A stretch of DNA of 43,936 bases, the filler included, from Catajapyx aquilonaris (Eukaryota), in NCBI GenBank assembly GCA_000934665.2. It is 2 parts of 2 records of this genome, joined end to end, with 100 filler letters (N's around TTAATTAATTAA, not from the genome) between each part and the next. Parts side by side here need not be neighbours in the genome. Positions count along the whole stretch, not along the records: positions 1 to 21,926 come from JYFJ02005944.1; positions 22,027 to 43,936 come from JYFJ02005945.1. One strand, 5' to 3'. The position numbers and the translations under genes were made by a program. Below, one piece after another: positions 11,983-23,021 of the stretch (its first letter is position 1; every line of letters begins with the position of its first letter). The notes beneath the pieces are model-generated. The model was not told where the DNA came from. It worked only from the letters and a program-made list of their open reading frames with translations, and ran no database searches.

Positions 11983-12849
11983 CTGTACCTGATTGAACAT
12001 TTTGCTAATTAAATCTTTTATTTAAAATTCGGGATGGGTCATACAAGTAACCAGAGGTCCAGAAAAGGTTGTCCTTAGGGTCACGTCGAAATAAGGTAGG
12101 GAAAACTGCTGGGCATTGTGGATGAGCATTTAGTTCATAGAGTCATGCCATTCTTTATGAGCAGGACTGCTATTTGTGGACGTCGCAAAGTTCATAAGCA
12201 TCAGCCATTGCGTCTTCCAGAGACAAAGCCTCACTTTTTGCCGAGAATTTCGCTATTAAATTCCCCCGCAGAATTACTCGTAGGAATTTATTTCTCATGG
12301 ACATTGTCTGGACAATCGAAATTTCCTCTCAACGTTGGGGTCACGGTCATCCTTTTCCGAATCCTAGTTTGGCCGCAATTAATTCCCAAATGTCACCATG
12401 CACGTCTGGACCCACTCCCCTATCCAGCCCAGCCGCTCTCCCAGCTATTTGTATAGGTACCGGCTCAGCTACCTCTCTACCTCTGCCTGGGGCCTGCCCC
12501 ACGGGACCACCCTGGCCATATGTGTACCCCTCCCTGTCCACATAAAGTGCTCAGCCCTGTCTACTGCTCTCCCTGCCTCATGCCAAGCTCATGCCCTGCC
12601 TGCTTGAGTACCCCGCCTGTCGCCCATCTTGGATTCGACTTCAGCGCCATGGGTCTCATAAATAGCAAAAGCAAAGATGGGAATGAGTAGGACCGGTTTT
12701 TTGTATTTTTCTCAAGAGTTTGGTCATTGGACTTGTTTTCGAAAGAACTGATTCAATTGGAGTGATATTCTTGAAGTAGAATAATTTGGGGTTACATTGA
12801 ATTTCCATAAAAAGGGTTCTTGCCTGCTTTTAAATTAAAATTATAAATG

Positions 12850-13793
12850 TAGGGGAGACTGGGGCACAGTGGACCACGGGGCACAGTGGACCTTTCCATT
12901 TTAAAAATCGAAAAAGCCGCCAAATTTTTTTCATCTGGTACCTCGTGAAACAAGTCACTGCCATGCTCCTGCCAACATGGCTGGCAACAGCTAGCGATCG
13001 ATCGATCGATAGATATCAAGCGAAATCGATTTGAAGATAAGTGAAGTAAATTACTAGCCCACAGTTTAAATGCCACTTCAGGCGTAGATGTTGGGCATGA
13101 GCCTGATATAAAAATCTTGTGGAATAGTGCCGCCCTTTGCCCATGAATTACCGCAAGTTTGGTAAGCCTAACTTGCAATCGAAGTTACAATCATAGCATT
13201 ATGTCAGTTGCTGCTGTCCGGGGCACAGTGGTCCAGTCGTTTGCGGGGCACAGTGGTCCATGTACCACTGTGCCCCGAAATGCACACTGTGTCCCGCAAT
13301 GAACAACTGTAAAAAAAATATGTGAGACAATTATTTAAAAAATGTGAATTAGGTAGAAAAAGGGCAAAACTGTGATTTTGACAAACCACCCTCCAAATGA
13401 ACAACTGTAAAAAAAAAAAAGTGAGACAATGATTTTTAAAATGCGAATTAGGTAGAAAAAAGGGGCAAACTGTGATGTTGACACATCCTCAAATTGAACA
13501 GCTGTAAAAAAAATGTTAGGCAATGATAATAAACTTCTTGTGTGAATTAGGGGTCCCAATCACTTCCGGACCACTGTGCCCCACCTATCGGGGTACAGTG
13601 GACCATTTGCAGGGGGTCCCTTCTAAATTTTTTTAAAGCCAAAAGGATGGCACTGCCTGTGAATATAGTAGTGGCTTATGTTACCAAGGAGTATCTCCAC
13701 CATGCCTGAAAATATTGGGTGTGTAGGTATAACAGGTAGGTATATAAAAATTCGAATGTGCAAAAGTGGTCCACTGTGCCCCGGTCTCCCCTA
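12850..13793. mobile_element. TA-bounded non-autonomous DNA transposon with repeated GGGGCACAGTGGACC motif
   Basis: TAGGGGAGACTGGGGCACAGTGGACC ... GGTCCACTGTGCCCCGGTCTCCCCTA. Further motif copies at about 13220-13295 and 13568-13605, plus an internal tandem repeat of about 100 bp at 13300-13515. Confidence 0.85.
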
Positions 13794-13816
13794 CATTTCA
13801 GGACAAAAAATCTTGC

Positions 13817-13945
13817 CTTGATTGGTGATTTTCCTGTAACATTTGCAACAAGGAAGTTCATGGCAATATCCTCACAATTCATTCGACTGTCAACCCAGGC
13901 CTTGATGTCTCCAGGCATTGAAGTAGTGTACAAGAAATTCCAATA
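13817..13945 (-). CDS. EXT2: Exostosin-2, penultimate coding exon (GT64 domain)
   Basis: 129 nt, phase 0/0, encoding [43 protein letters not shown] (GT64 NCEDI motif). AG acceptor and GC donor. Confidence 0.93.
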
Positions 13946-14008
13946 CTGCCAAAGAAATTATGTGTTAAGTACAGTAGAGCTTCTGACAGGACAGATTGTT
14001 TCAAATAC

Positions 14009-14152
14009 CTTGTGATAAAAAGCTGCACCAGTCAATACCATGGATATCTCATTGGTCCATTCTGACTCATACTTCCAGCGCTGGGTTGAATTGTCCCAGA
14101 CATGGGTGCGAGAAGGGAAGCCAACAATACGGTCAGGAAACTCACGCCATAC
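14009..14152 (-). CDS. EXT2: Exostosin-2, antepenultimate coding exon
   Basis: 144 nt bounded by AG/GT, encoding [48 protein letters not shown]. Not in the ORF track; a 63-nt intron leads to the next exon. Confidence 0.95.
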
Positions 14153-14730
14153 CTGTCAAGAGTTTAAGTATTTAGAAACTCACTGATCACCCAGTGATGA
14201 TGGAAAAGGCGCTGATTATTAACCCAGTTATACTCTACAGACATGAGAAACATTTTGTAGCACAATGTCAGTTCCTGTTGCATTTTCTGAATATGTTGCC
14301 AATACGACACAAGAAAAAAATTATAATTCTAAAATAGTGACTTAAATGATGACAAAAACAATGTCATCATAAGTATGAGGACATCAGGACTCAATGGTTA
14401 CCATAAAGGCAGAACAGATGAATGCTCAAAAGTTTAATGCCATTTAATGGATAGGTCACATAGTGCTTGTTTTTCCAAATGTTTATTATATTAATTTGTG
14501 GAATTCTTGGTAGCAATTTGCCTCAGTCACTAGTCAACAATGATTTTGGCACACAAACAATTTTAGCTGTTTCTAATGCATTCATATGTGCTGATTCTGA
14601 TTATGAAGTCAAAGTGTGTCCATCACCCTCCATTTTTTTCTAACAGCCAGACCTTATTTTGCGGAAAGTACACTGCACATTGCTCAATATGCCTAATACA
14701 GTAAAACCTCAATATAATGCTCCTGCATAT

Positions 14731-15173
14731 CAAGGGTGAGAGATCAGAAGGGTGTATGAACCATTTTTAACAAAAGTGGTTTTTTAGACATTTTCAAGAA
14801 AGTCTTATAGAATGGCTCTGTTGTGGGGAACACGTGTGTGGTTCAGGCATTTATCCCCCGCGACCTCGTTTGTGGTGCCGCCTAGGGGCGCGAACTCTGT
14901 ATATAAGGCAGGGGGGGGCTTCCTGCCGGGGGCTCTCTCCTGTATCTGTTCACTCCAGCAATACACTGATTTAACCTCCTACCGGACTCTTATTCCCACA
15001 CCCTGCGACCTAGCTAGGTCAGGGGTCAGGTCAAGGGTCCTGACACTGTCTGTCTGTCCGTCAGTGGACAGGTATCAGACAGACAGAGCTGTGTTATAAG
15101 ACTTTTTTTCTTGAATCTAACAAACCATTTTTGTTAAAAATGGTTCATACGCCCTTCTGATCTATCACCCTCG
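14731..15173. mobile_element. Palindromic MITE with mariner-like ends, nested
   Basis: CAAGGGTGAGAGATCAGAAGGGTGTATGAACCATTTTTAACAAAA ... TTTTGTTAAAAATGGTTCATACGCCCTTCTGATCTATCACCCTCG. Confidence 0.75.
14822..15045 (+). mobile_element. Putative solo LTR (Gypsy-like)
   Basis: TGT...ACA ends, 4-bp TSD CTGT (14818-14821, 15046-15049), internal TATATAAG. Its removal restores the host palindrome. Confidence 0.7.
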
Positions 15174-16768
15174 AATAACGCTTTCCCACTTTTAACACCC
15201 CTTTTGTCCGGTCCCTGGATCATTTCCATAAGTTAAATTTTCCAGCGTATAACGCTATCCCACTTATAACGCTATTTTTGGGTGTTCCCTCGAAGAGCGT
15301 TATATCAAGGTTTTACTGTATGTGGTGAACAATGGTTTTGTTAATTGTGCCATTTTCACTTTTTTTTACTGGGTGGTTCCATTCAGATCAGCCAGTGAGT
15401 GTCAAAAGTTGTCAAGTCATAGTCATCGATTTTTGTGAAAAAAATATGTGAAACCCTCATCCAATTGAACATTTATGGAGCAATCAGTTTTACGAGATTA
15501 AATTTAGTTATCGAGATATTAATATTCCTTTTAAGGGGTACCAAAATCGCAATCACAGGAAGCTGCACCTTTTCCATTCCTTTCAATTAGTATATTTCCG
15601 GAACCGTTCCAAAAACCGCTATAAAATTTTAAATTCATGGTTTTGGAATAATGCACTGTTATGTAATGCATACATTTATCTTATTTAATGGGACAGTCAC
15701 CTTCGAAAAAATCTATAATCTTGCATATTTTGGTCAAAATTCGCATATTTCTCAATTTAATACACCGTTATGGTGCTGATTATATTTTGTGATATACTTG
15801 GTGTCCCCCTAAAAGTTATTAAATAAAACCTTTGTTAACTCCGTGTGTAGTTCAGATATGCAAGGTGAAAATATGGAAACAAGCGAAAACATACATATTT
15901 CAAAAATTATTTTCTCAAAAAGGCAATTTTTAATTTTAATTTTTAATTTTACACAGACAGACATGCTATAAAATGAAGTAGTGTCAAAACCGGGGCTAAA
16001 TTTTTTATAAGTGAGATACAAATTTTTGTATGGTGACAACTTTTGTCATTGTCCTACTTCAAATAAATATTTACTCAAAGACGAAATTTAAAATATTAAT
16101 TTTAATCGTTATACTTTGTATAACAAAGTAGCATGAGTTATAATATAAAATTATATCAAAATTCGGTATATATTTGTATTAGTGAGATAGGAATTTATTT
16201 CAGTGGTGATTTTTGTTTCTATGCAACAACATGCAAATTTCAAAAATTAATATCTCGAAACACCATTTTTAATATGCAATATTTTAAATATTTCATAAAG
16301 AAAGGACTGGCTGTGATAAAATAATATGAAAACCTGGTCTAGATTCTTGATAAATGAGATACAAATTTATGAAAAGTGGTATTTTTTGCTGTCATTTAAT
16401 ATAATTTCCTACATTCCATAGCTTTTGGGCTGTAGGGCCATCCATGCCCTGAAGCCCTGAAGGTTCTTGAAAGCATTTCATAGCTCATGAAGATGGTTAC
16501 GAAAGTGGGTCCATTTTACATATAATTCCCCAGTGCCCTCTGTTGACCATTATGGAAGGTTTCCAGATTAGTTGTTGACATTTATTTTATGTAGGTTATG
16601 ACTTTAGAAGTAATTGCAACTGCAAGGATGTTGAAAGACACTAACTGGAAGCAAAAAATACCACTTTTAATAAATTTGTATCTCATTTATCAAGAATCTA
16701 GACCAGGCTTTCTTATTATTTTATCACAGAACAAGTCCTTTCTTTATGATATATTAAAAATATTACAT

Positions 16769-17110
16769 TTTTTTTTGTTTTGTTTTTTTGCCTGTACCCC
16801 ATTATCGGACCTTGGGCCCTTATTAGGGGAGTGGCATACCACTATTTTTTGGGAACCATATAATATATATATGTTAATTGTTCCAAGGGTAAGTATAGGA
16901 GGGGATGTGCAAAGTGCAAGTGCGCTGTCGTTAATTGGTCATTTTGTGAACTCCCCCGGGTGGCTTAGTCTATCGGATATTGCCACCCGAAACGAAGCCA
17001 GAGATGGCCCAACTCTGCACGAAAGAAGGTGGGAACCCCGGGTGGGGATTGAACCCGAGACCTTAACTTCCGTGGGTACGCGCGTTACCGCGGCGCCACT
17101 CCGTCTCCCT
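16769..17110 (-). mobile_element. tRNA-derived SINE (family B)
   Basis: Minus strand has an A-box-like TGGCGCCGCGG, B-box GGTTCAATCCC and a poly-A tail. TSD AAAAATATTACAT (16756-16768, 17116-17128). Absent from the mirror arm. Confidence 0.88.
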
Positions 17111-17435
17111 AAAAAAAAAATATTACATATTAAAAATTGTGTTTTAGAGATATTAATTTTTGAATTCGCATGTTGTTGCATAGAAACAAAAATCACCACT
17201 CTGAAATAAATTCCTATCTTACTTAATACAAATATATACCGCATTTTGATATAATTTTATATTCTAACTCATGCTACTTTGTTATACAAAATATAATGAT
17301 TAAATATTTTAAATTGCTTCTTTGAGTAAATATTTATTTGAAGTAGGACAATGACAAAAGTTGTCACCATACAAAAATTTGTATCTCACTTATAAAAAAT
17401 TTAGCCCCGGTTTTGACACTACTTCATTTTATAAC

Positions 17436-17514
17436 GTCGACGCCTAAGGATTATATTGTCGTATGTCCACGTTTTAACAATGGACATACGACAATATAAT
17501 CCTTAGGCGTCGAC
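17436..17514. repeat. 79-bp perfect hairpin insertion
   Basis: 34-bp perfect arms GTCGACGCCTAAGGATTATATTGTCGTATGTCCA with an 11-nt loop. Absent at the homologous sites near 15965 and 536. Confidence 0.85.
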
Positions 17515-18114
17515 ATGTCTGTCCGCGTAAAATTAAAAATTAAAAATTGCCTTTTTGAGAAAAGAATTTTTGATATATGCATGTTTTCACTTGTTGCCAT
17601 ATTTTCACCTTGCATATCTTTACACACAGAGCTAACAAAGGTTCTATTTAATAACCTTTAGGGGGACACCAAGTATATCACAAAATATAATTAGCACAAT
17701 CGTCGCGCTTACCATAACGGTGTATTGAATTGCAAATATGCGAATTTTGACCAAAGTATGCAAGATTGGAGATATTTTTGAAGGTGACTGTCCCAATAAA
17801 TAAGATAAATGTATGCATTACATAACAGTGCATTATTCCAAAACCACGAATTTAAAATTTCATACCGGTTTTTGGAACGGTTCTGGAAATCATACTCATT
17901 GAAAGGAAGGGAAAAAGTGTATCGTCCCATGATTGAGATTTTGGTACCCCTTAAAAGAAATATTAATATCTCGATAAGACGATAACTAAATTTAATCTCG
18001 TAAAACTGATTGCTCCATAAAGGTTCAATTGGATGAGGGTTTCACATATAATTTTGTCACATAAATCGATGACTATGACTTGACACCCACTGGCTGATCT
18101 GAAATGGAACCACT

Positions 18115-19811
18115 GGGCAATTCCACGTGAACGTGATCACCTTTTTCACGAAAAAATTTGCCCGTCGATGAGTGTGAGATATGTTTGAGTCCATGTAAAG
18201 TCATGACCTTTCCCATAAGGATTTGGTCCGCCGATGCGTGGTTGCCTATCTACAGGCGCTAATTGCACTTGGATCACGGTTAGAGGCGCCCCCCTATTAC
18301 ATTTACATGACAACGTAAATGCATGATGTAATACATGTTTCATGTGTGAAATTGTCTCCTCTTTCCGACAAAAATAGTCACTTTCCGGTAGCTATGCAAA
18401 TTCATGTCAAAATGCGACATTTTTGCAAACAAATGACATTTTCAAAAAGAGAGCCAAAGTCAAATGGCATTATATTGATATCAAAATACACCTCACTGTG
18501 TCCTCTATCAGTGGTACAAACGGAATTTTGGAATACGAAATGGTTCCGGAGCTATAGGTACTGACGTGGAGCGCTGCGCTAGTGGAGGAAACAGATATTT
18601 TTTTTTTACTCATCAGTGAATCACCAGAGAACAAAAGATGAACTGCGCAAAAGATTTTCTATGGCGAGGACAATCCCTGGAACATTACACTTCCATTGTT
18701 TTATTCCCAACCATGAGAAGAAGGAGTTGATTGTAAAAAAATTCTCTTCTTTCACAAACTGTGAAGTATTTACCATAGAATAGTAAGAATAAATGAAAAT
18801 TCCTTGGTCATGTTCAACAAAGTTTCAATTTTCACAAGTGTCAAGTGTTAAAATATGACGGATTAGTTAGAATAAAAAATGAACATTCACTGTTGAGACT
18901 TGTACCATACAGGGTGCGGAAAATTTAATCTACCTTCGCTTTGGGGAATGGTAGGGGGCTTCCAAACGATCATTTTAAATATGTGAATCGTGGGTCTCCG
19001 AATCATAGTTACCGAGATAATTATCATGAAAAAGTGCATTATCCCATATTATACGTTTCGGATACTGCTTACGGCCATTCCCTGCTACTCCTGCCAGGAT
19101 CGTAAATTGAAATTAAATTACCTGGTAAAACCTTAAATTTAAATGAAAAAGGTAAGGTCGCGTGGAGGGACGCATACGTGCCAGGATATTTTATACCTTG
19201 TGTGTAAAGCACATTATCTCGGTCATTATGCGTCTGAGACCCATGTTGCACATACTCAAAGTGATCGCCTGGAACCCCTCTATAACTTCCCAAAGCGAAG
19301 GTAGATTAAATTTCCGCACCCTGTAGACTATAATGGAATTGCACTCCTGCACCTCTCCACGTCAGTACCTATAGCTCTGGAACCATTTCGTATTCCAAAA
19401 TTCCGTTTGTACCACTGATAGAGGACACTGTGATGTGTATTTTGATATCAATATAATGCCATTTGACTTTGGCTCTCTTTTTGAAAATGTCATTTGTTTG
19501 CAAAAATGTCGCATTTTGACATGAATTTGCACAGCTACCGGAAAGTGACTATTTTTGTCAGAAAGAGGAAACAATTTTACACATGAAACATGTATTACAT
19601 CATGCATTTACGTTGTCATGTAAATGTAATAGGGGGGCACCTATAACCGTGATCCAAGTGCAATTAGCGCCTGTAGATAGGCAACCACGCATCGGCGGAC
19701 CAAATCGTTATGGGAAAGGTCATGACTTTACATGGACTCAAACATATCTCACACTCATCGACGGGCAAATTTTTTCGTGAAAAAGGTGATCACGTTCACG
19801 TGGAATTGCCC
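18115..19811. mobile_element. Non-autonomous DNA transposon with 457-bp TIRs (Sola2-like)
   Basis: Arms 18115-18571 and 19355-19811, GGGCAATTCCACGTG termini, 4-bp TSD CACT (18111-18114, 19812-19815). Confidence 0.88.
18910..19323. mobile_element. Tc1/mariner-type MITE nested in the previous element
   Basis: TA-CAGGGTGCGGAAAATTTAATCTACCTTCGCTTTGGG ... CCCAAAGCGAAGGTAGATTAAATTTCCGCACCCTG-TA. Confidence 0.88.
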
Positions 19812-20019
19812 CACTATGCGCTGATTTTGAATTTGAAGTCAGAATGTTTCTATCGGCATCCATTTTCTTGTAACAGGCCTTACACTCTCGAGAGTAGGTC
19901 TACTTTTCATAGCTCAATATAATTAATTTATTGGGCAACATTGGGTTTTGTGTAAGGCTCCAAGTTGGCCAGTCTCTCACTAGCTCTCGAGACTTTCTTT
20001 CTTAACCTACACCAAAGTA

Positions 20020-20578
20020 CGAGGGTGGTTCAATATATAAGATTCCTGGGTCTGGAATATTGAGAAAACATTAACAGCGGTTATGTGGTGTACATGTAAA
20101 ATTAGCCACTCATTTCAGGGTCACATACTGCACATGGCTGTTCCCGTGTGACCACGTGCACCTCATTGATCAAAAAAAGCTCGCCACAGAAAGTGGGTTC
20201 GTGCTCTTCTGCTTCATTTTCTGGACACAGGGGAAACAATCATTGCTTTTCCTTATTATCTAACCTTGGATGAACTGAAAACTGCATTTTGTAACAATAG
20301 GTCAGGTCTCTGCACCTCTGGTGTCATTCAATTTGACGATAATGCCAGCCCCCGTGCACCCCAACTCAGCTGGCTGCACAAAGCCATTGCAGATTTCAGT
20401 TCGGAATGCCCTGACCATTCTTATTTGGTCCCTCGAGATTTCCACATACTCTTTCCAAGTTTGAAGAAGGGATTGGAAGGTTACCCTTTTCATACCAACC
20501 ATCAAGCATCGCATATCAGTGCGCCATCTCCTTACGGCCTAGAGCCCTACTTTCTTGCGGGGTTTCAAAAAGTTGGTG
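20020..20578 (+). pseudogene. Internally deleted, degenerate mariner element
   Basis: TA-CGAGGGTGG start. The translation GVIQFDDNASP...LVPRDFHILFPSLKKGLEGYPFHTN resembles the mariner HDNARP / DLAPSDFHLF region. Confidence 0.7.
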
Positions 20579-20594
20579 AAGAATTGGGATATAT

Positions 20595-20960
20595 TTATTT
20601 TTTATTTTTTTATTTATTTTTTTTATTTCACTACCCCTTGCTCAGTACATTACATCCTGCTTCGGGGGGTGGCATACCACCATCAGTTTTCTGTATATTT
20701 TCCACTTCATTCACCGGTGCAAGGAAACAAGGACAATGGGAAAGGATAGGGATTTTTGGGGAGGGAACATGGGTGCAAGGTGCAATGTCGTAGCTAATGG
20801 GTCATGTGCTGTTCCCCAGGAGGTTAGGTTGCCAGACACCTCCTTGGTGCAGGTCAGAGACCCTCCTGACGCAGGTGAAAGGAAAGTTCCCCAGGCGGGG
20901 ATCCAACCTGGGGCCTTTCACTCAGCAAGCCGTGACAATCACGGCCACCACACCTCCCCC
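20595..20960 (-). mobile_element. tRNA-derived SINE (family A, second copy)
   Basis: Reverse complement is colinear with 6686-7041. T-rich tail on the plus strand and 16-bp TSD AAGAATTGGGATATAT (20579-20594, 20961-20976). Confidence 0.9.
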
Positions 20961-21020
20961 AAGAATTGGGATATATGACTTGACATTGAAGCTGATTATG
21001 TTGATAAGTGAAGAAACATA

Positions 21021-21128
21021 GAGTGGAATTTTTGCCCCACTGCTAGTTACTGCTAACCTAGCAGTACCATTGCCAACACTGGTACTGCTAAGTTAGCAGT
21101 AACTAGCAGTGGCATGAAAATTCCACCC
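21021..21128. mobile_element. 108-bp palindromic mini-element
   Basis: GTGGAATTTT...CCACTGCTAGTTACTGCTAAC ... GTTAGCAGTAACTAGCAGTGG...AAAATTCCAC. Confidence 0.7.
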
Positions 21129-21203
21129 AGTGCGCCTAACTGGAAACATAAATTTCTTTTATAAAAATAAAGTTGCTGCAATACGGCAGACCCAGGAAAC
21201 TTA

Positions 21204-21693
21204 CAGTTGAAACCGGATATAACAGCCTCAGCTATAACCGACTCGGTTATAACATACTCGAAAGGCCGGTCCCAGCATACTTCCATAAGGCCCTGTGTGT
21301 TTTAAATCTTGATATAACAGACTCATTTTCACTTCACCTCGGCTGTAAGACCATTTTTTGGCCCCTTGCCTTGATGGGGAAATATGCTGTTTTTGATTAC
21401 TTATCTTCCTTTCCCATCTGTCACTGATCTAACACTTGCCTAGAAGGTCAAAATCATTGTTCTTTGGTATATTGGACCAAAAGGAGACAGCAGGAGAAAA
21501 TGGCATTTTTTTTTTTGTCCTGCGTATTTTGCGGATAGTTTCATTCAGCAGTATGCAGTCATGTGCATTATAAGCATATGGAAAGCAGAAAAGTGTATTC
21601 GTTGCAAAGGTGGTGTTGTGGCTATAACAGACATCGGTTGTAACAGACTAATTTCCGCTGTCCCTTGCAGTCTGATATATCCAGATTCAACAT
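21204..21693. mobile_element. pogo/Tigger-like MITE
   Basis: TA-CAGTTGAAACCGGATATAACAG ... CTGATATATCCAGATTCAAC with repeated TATAAC motifs. Confidence 0.65.
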
Positions 21694-21926
21694 ATACTGT
21701 ATATTGAACCACCCTGGTATCTTTTAGCCTCATCTTTTTCTTTAAAACTGTTAGCCTTCTTAGGTTTTATTATGCATAGAGAGAGCATGAATAAGAGATA
21801 TTGAGTCATGAATTGACTTTCTCACAACCACAATGGGGAAGTAGCCTTCATTTTGGAAACTGCATAATAAATTCGCCCATATTTTTTGGATTTTTTTGGC
21901 ATATTCCGTTTTAAGATATCAGCTTT

Positions 21927-22026
21927 NNNNNNNNNNNNNNNNNNNNNNNNNNNNNNNNNNNNNNNNNNNNTTAATTAATTAANNNNNNNNNNNNNNNNNN
22001 NNNNNNNNNNNNNNNNNNNNNNNNNN
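21927..22026. other. Artificial assembly spacer (44 N + TTAATTAATTAA + 44 N)
   Basis: Exactly 100 bp and symmetric. The central 12-mer places stop codons in all six frames. Confidence 0.95.
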
Positions 22027-22598
22027 TGCGATTAATAAAGATGGAACCTTCAACGACTTAAACTGCAATAGTCAGGAACCTTTCATTTGTAAGAGGAGTC
22101 TGACTACCTCACCAACAGGTAATAAACTCTCTTTGTCTTTTTAAAGAGTGTTGATTGGCTGTCTGATTTCTTGCAGAAAAGACGCCTGCTTATGATGATT
22201 CCTCTGAGTCAATCCTGGTAGAGTTTGGCACGACCTTTGAATTACCATATGCAGAGTCACCGTCTTCAAAGGAAGAAGTGCATCAAGCGCCAGCTGCACG
22301 ACACTTCACAATAAAAGTTACTCTCAGCTGGGTGAATAGCATTGCTGTAGTTGTTGGAGTATCGTTACTTTTCTTAGCTACTGGAATTCTGATTGGGGTA
22401 TGTAAAATAAATTATTGTCTTATAAAATGTCCTAAATAAAAATACTTGTCAAATTTTTTCTTGGTACAGATTATGTATTGGGCGTGCACAAGACCTGGTG
22501 AGTATCAGGGAGTAGTGCCAGAAGGACAGCAAGATGAAAGCAATCCAAGTGAACATTGTAATACAGACCAAGCACCACAAAATCTGGGCTCCACGTGA
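22027..22598 (+). CDS. Type-I transmembrane C-type lectin-domain protein, 3' part only
   Basis: Exons <22027-22118, 22177-22397 and 22470-22598 with GT-AG and consistent phases. They give a CTLD end (AINKDGTFNDLNCNSQEPFICKR), a stalk, a TM (IAVVVGVSLLFLATGILIGIMYWAC) and a short tail. Confidence 0.8.
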
Positions 22599-23021
22599 GA
22601 AAGAATACTACACTGTGCCTACATATGCCCAGCGGGTCCTGTATGTCGATGTCTACATTTTTGGCCACATTTCCGTACTGTATATCAATGGAGAACATTG
22701 CTCAGAATTGAAAATATATTTGTGCTTTCTGATTATTTACACTACATTTCCACATAAATCATTTTTGTGGATTGATCCCTTATTGCATAACACCGTCCAT
22801 ATTATTAGTAAAAAAATATGTCATAATGATGTTTCCATGATGTCCACGATATCATGGTAGTTTGGGGCGCGAAATTAAAATTCAGCCACCAGCAGAATAA
22901 ATTACTGCTCCAACGTTTAATAAAATTAAGGTGTAGGTAAGCAAATAAATTTCATCATGAACTGTAATAATAATATTATGATCGTCCACATTCAATAAAG
23001 TCAGATAGTATTGCCTGTTAA

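Larger units (their letters stand above)
14699..15318. mobile_element. pogo/Tigger-like MITE (outer element of a triple nest)
   Basis: TA-CAGTAAAACCT ... AGGTTTTACTG-TA with TATAACGC subterminal repeats. Confidence 0.8.
15371..18113. mobile_element. Non-autonomous DNA transposon with about 1-kb TIRs (foldback, Sola2-like)
   Basis: Left arm 15371-16390 is the reverse complement of right arm 16650-18113 once two insertions are removed. GGGTGGTTCC terminus and a spacer of about 260 bp. Confidence 0.85.

Noticed and set aside
12118..12607. Overlapping ORFs in a GC-richer intronic stretch
   Set aside because: No recognisable domain, splice structure or element boundaries.
13200..13610. Short repeats with spacers, superficially CRISPR-like
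   Set aside because: Irregular spacing and mixed orientation inside a eukaryotic TIR element, with no cas genes.
14340..14385. Possible next upstream EXT2 exon (GATGAC resembling the DDD motif)
   Set aside because: The frame hits a stop and does not match the expected IDDDI-MLT-DEL sequence.
16598..17209. 203-aa plus-strand ORF
   Set aside because: Runs across a TIR arm and an antisense SINE; a chance open frame.
18146..19780. Duplicated 65-aa and 81-aa ORF pairs on opposite strands
   Set aside because: Produced by the 457-bp terminal inverted repeats, with no transposase motifs.
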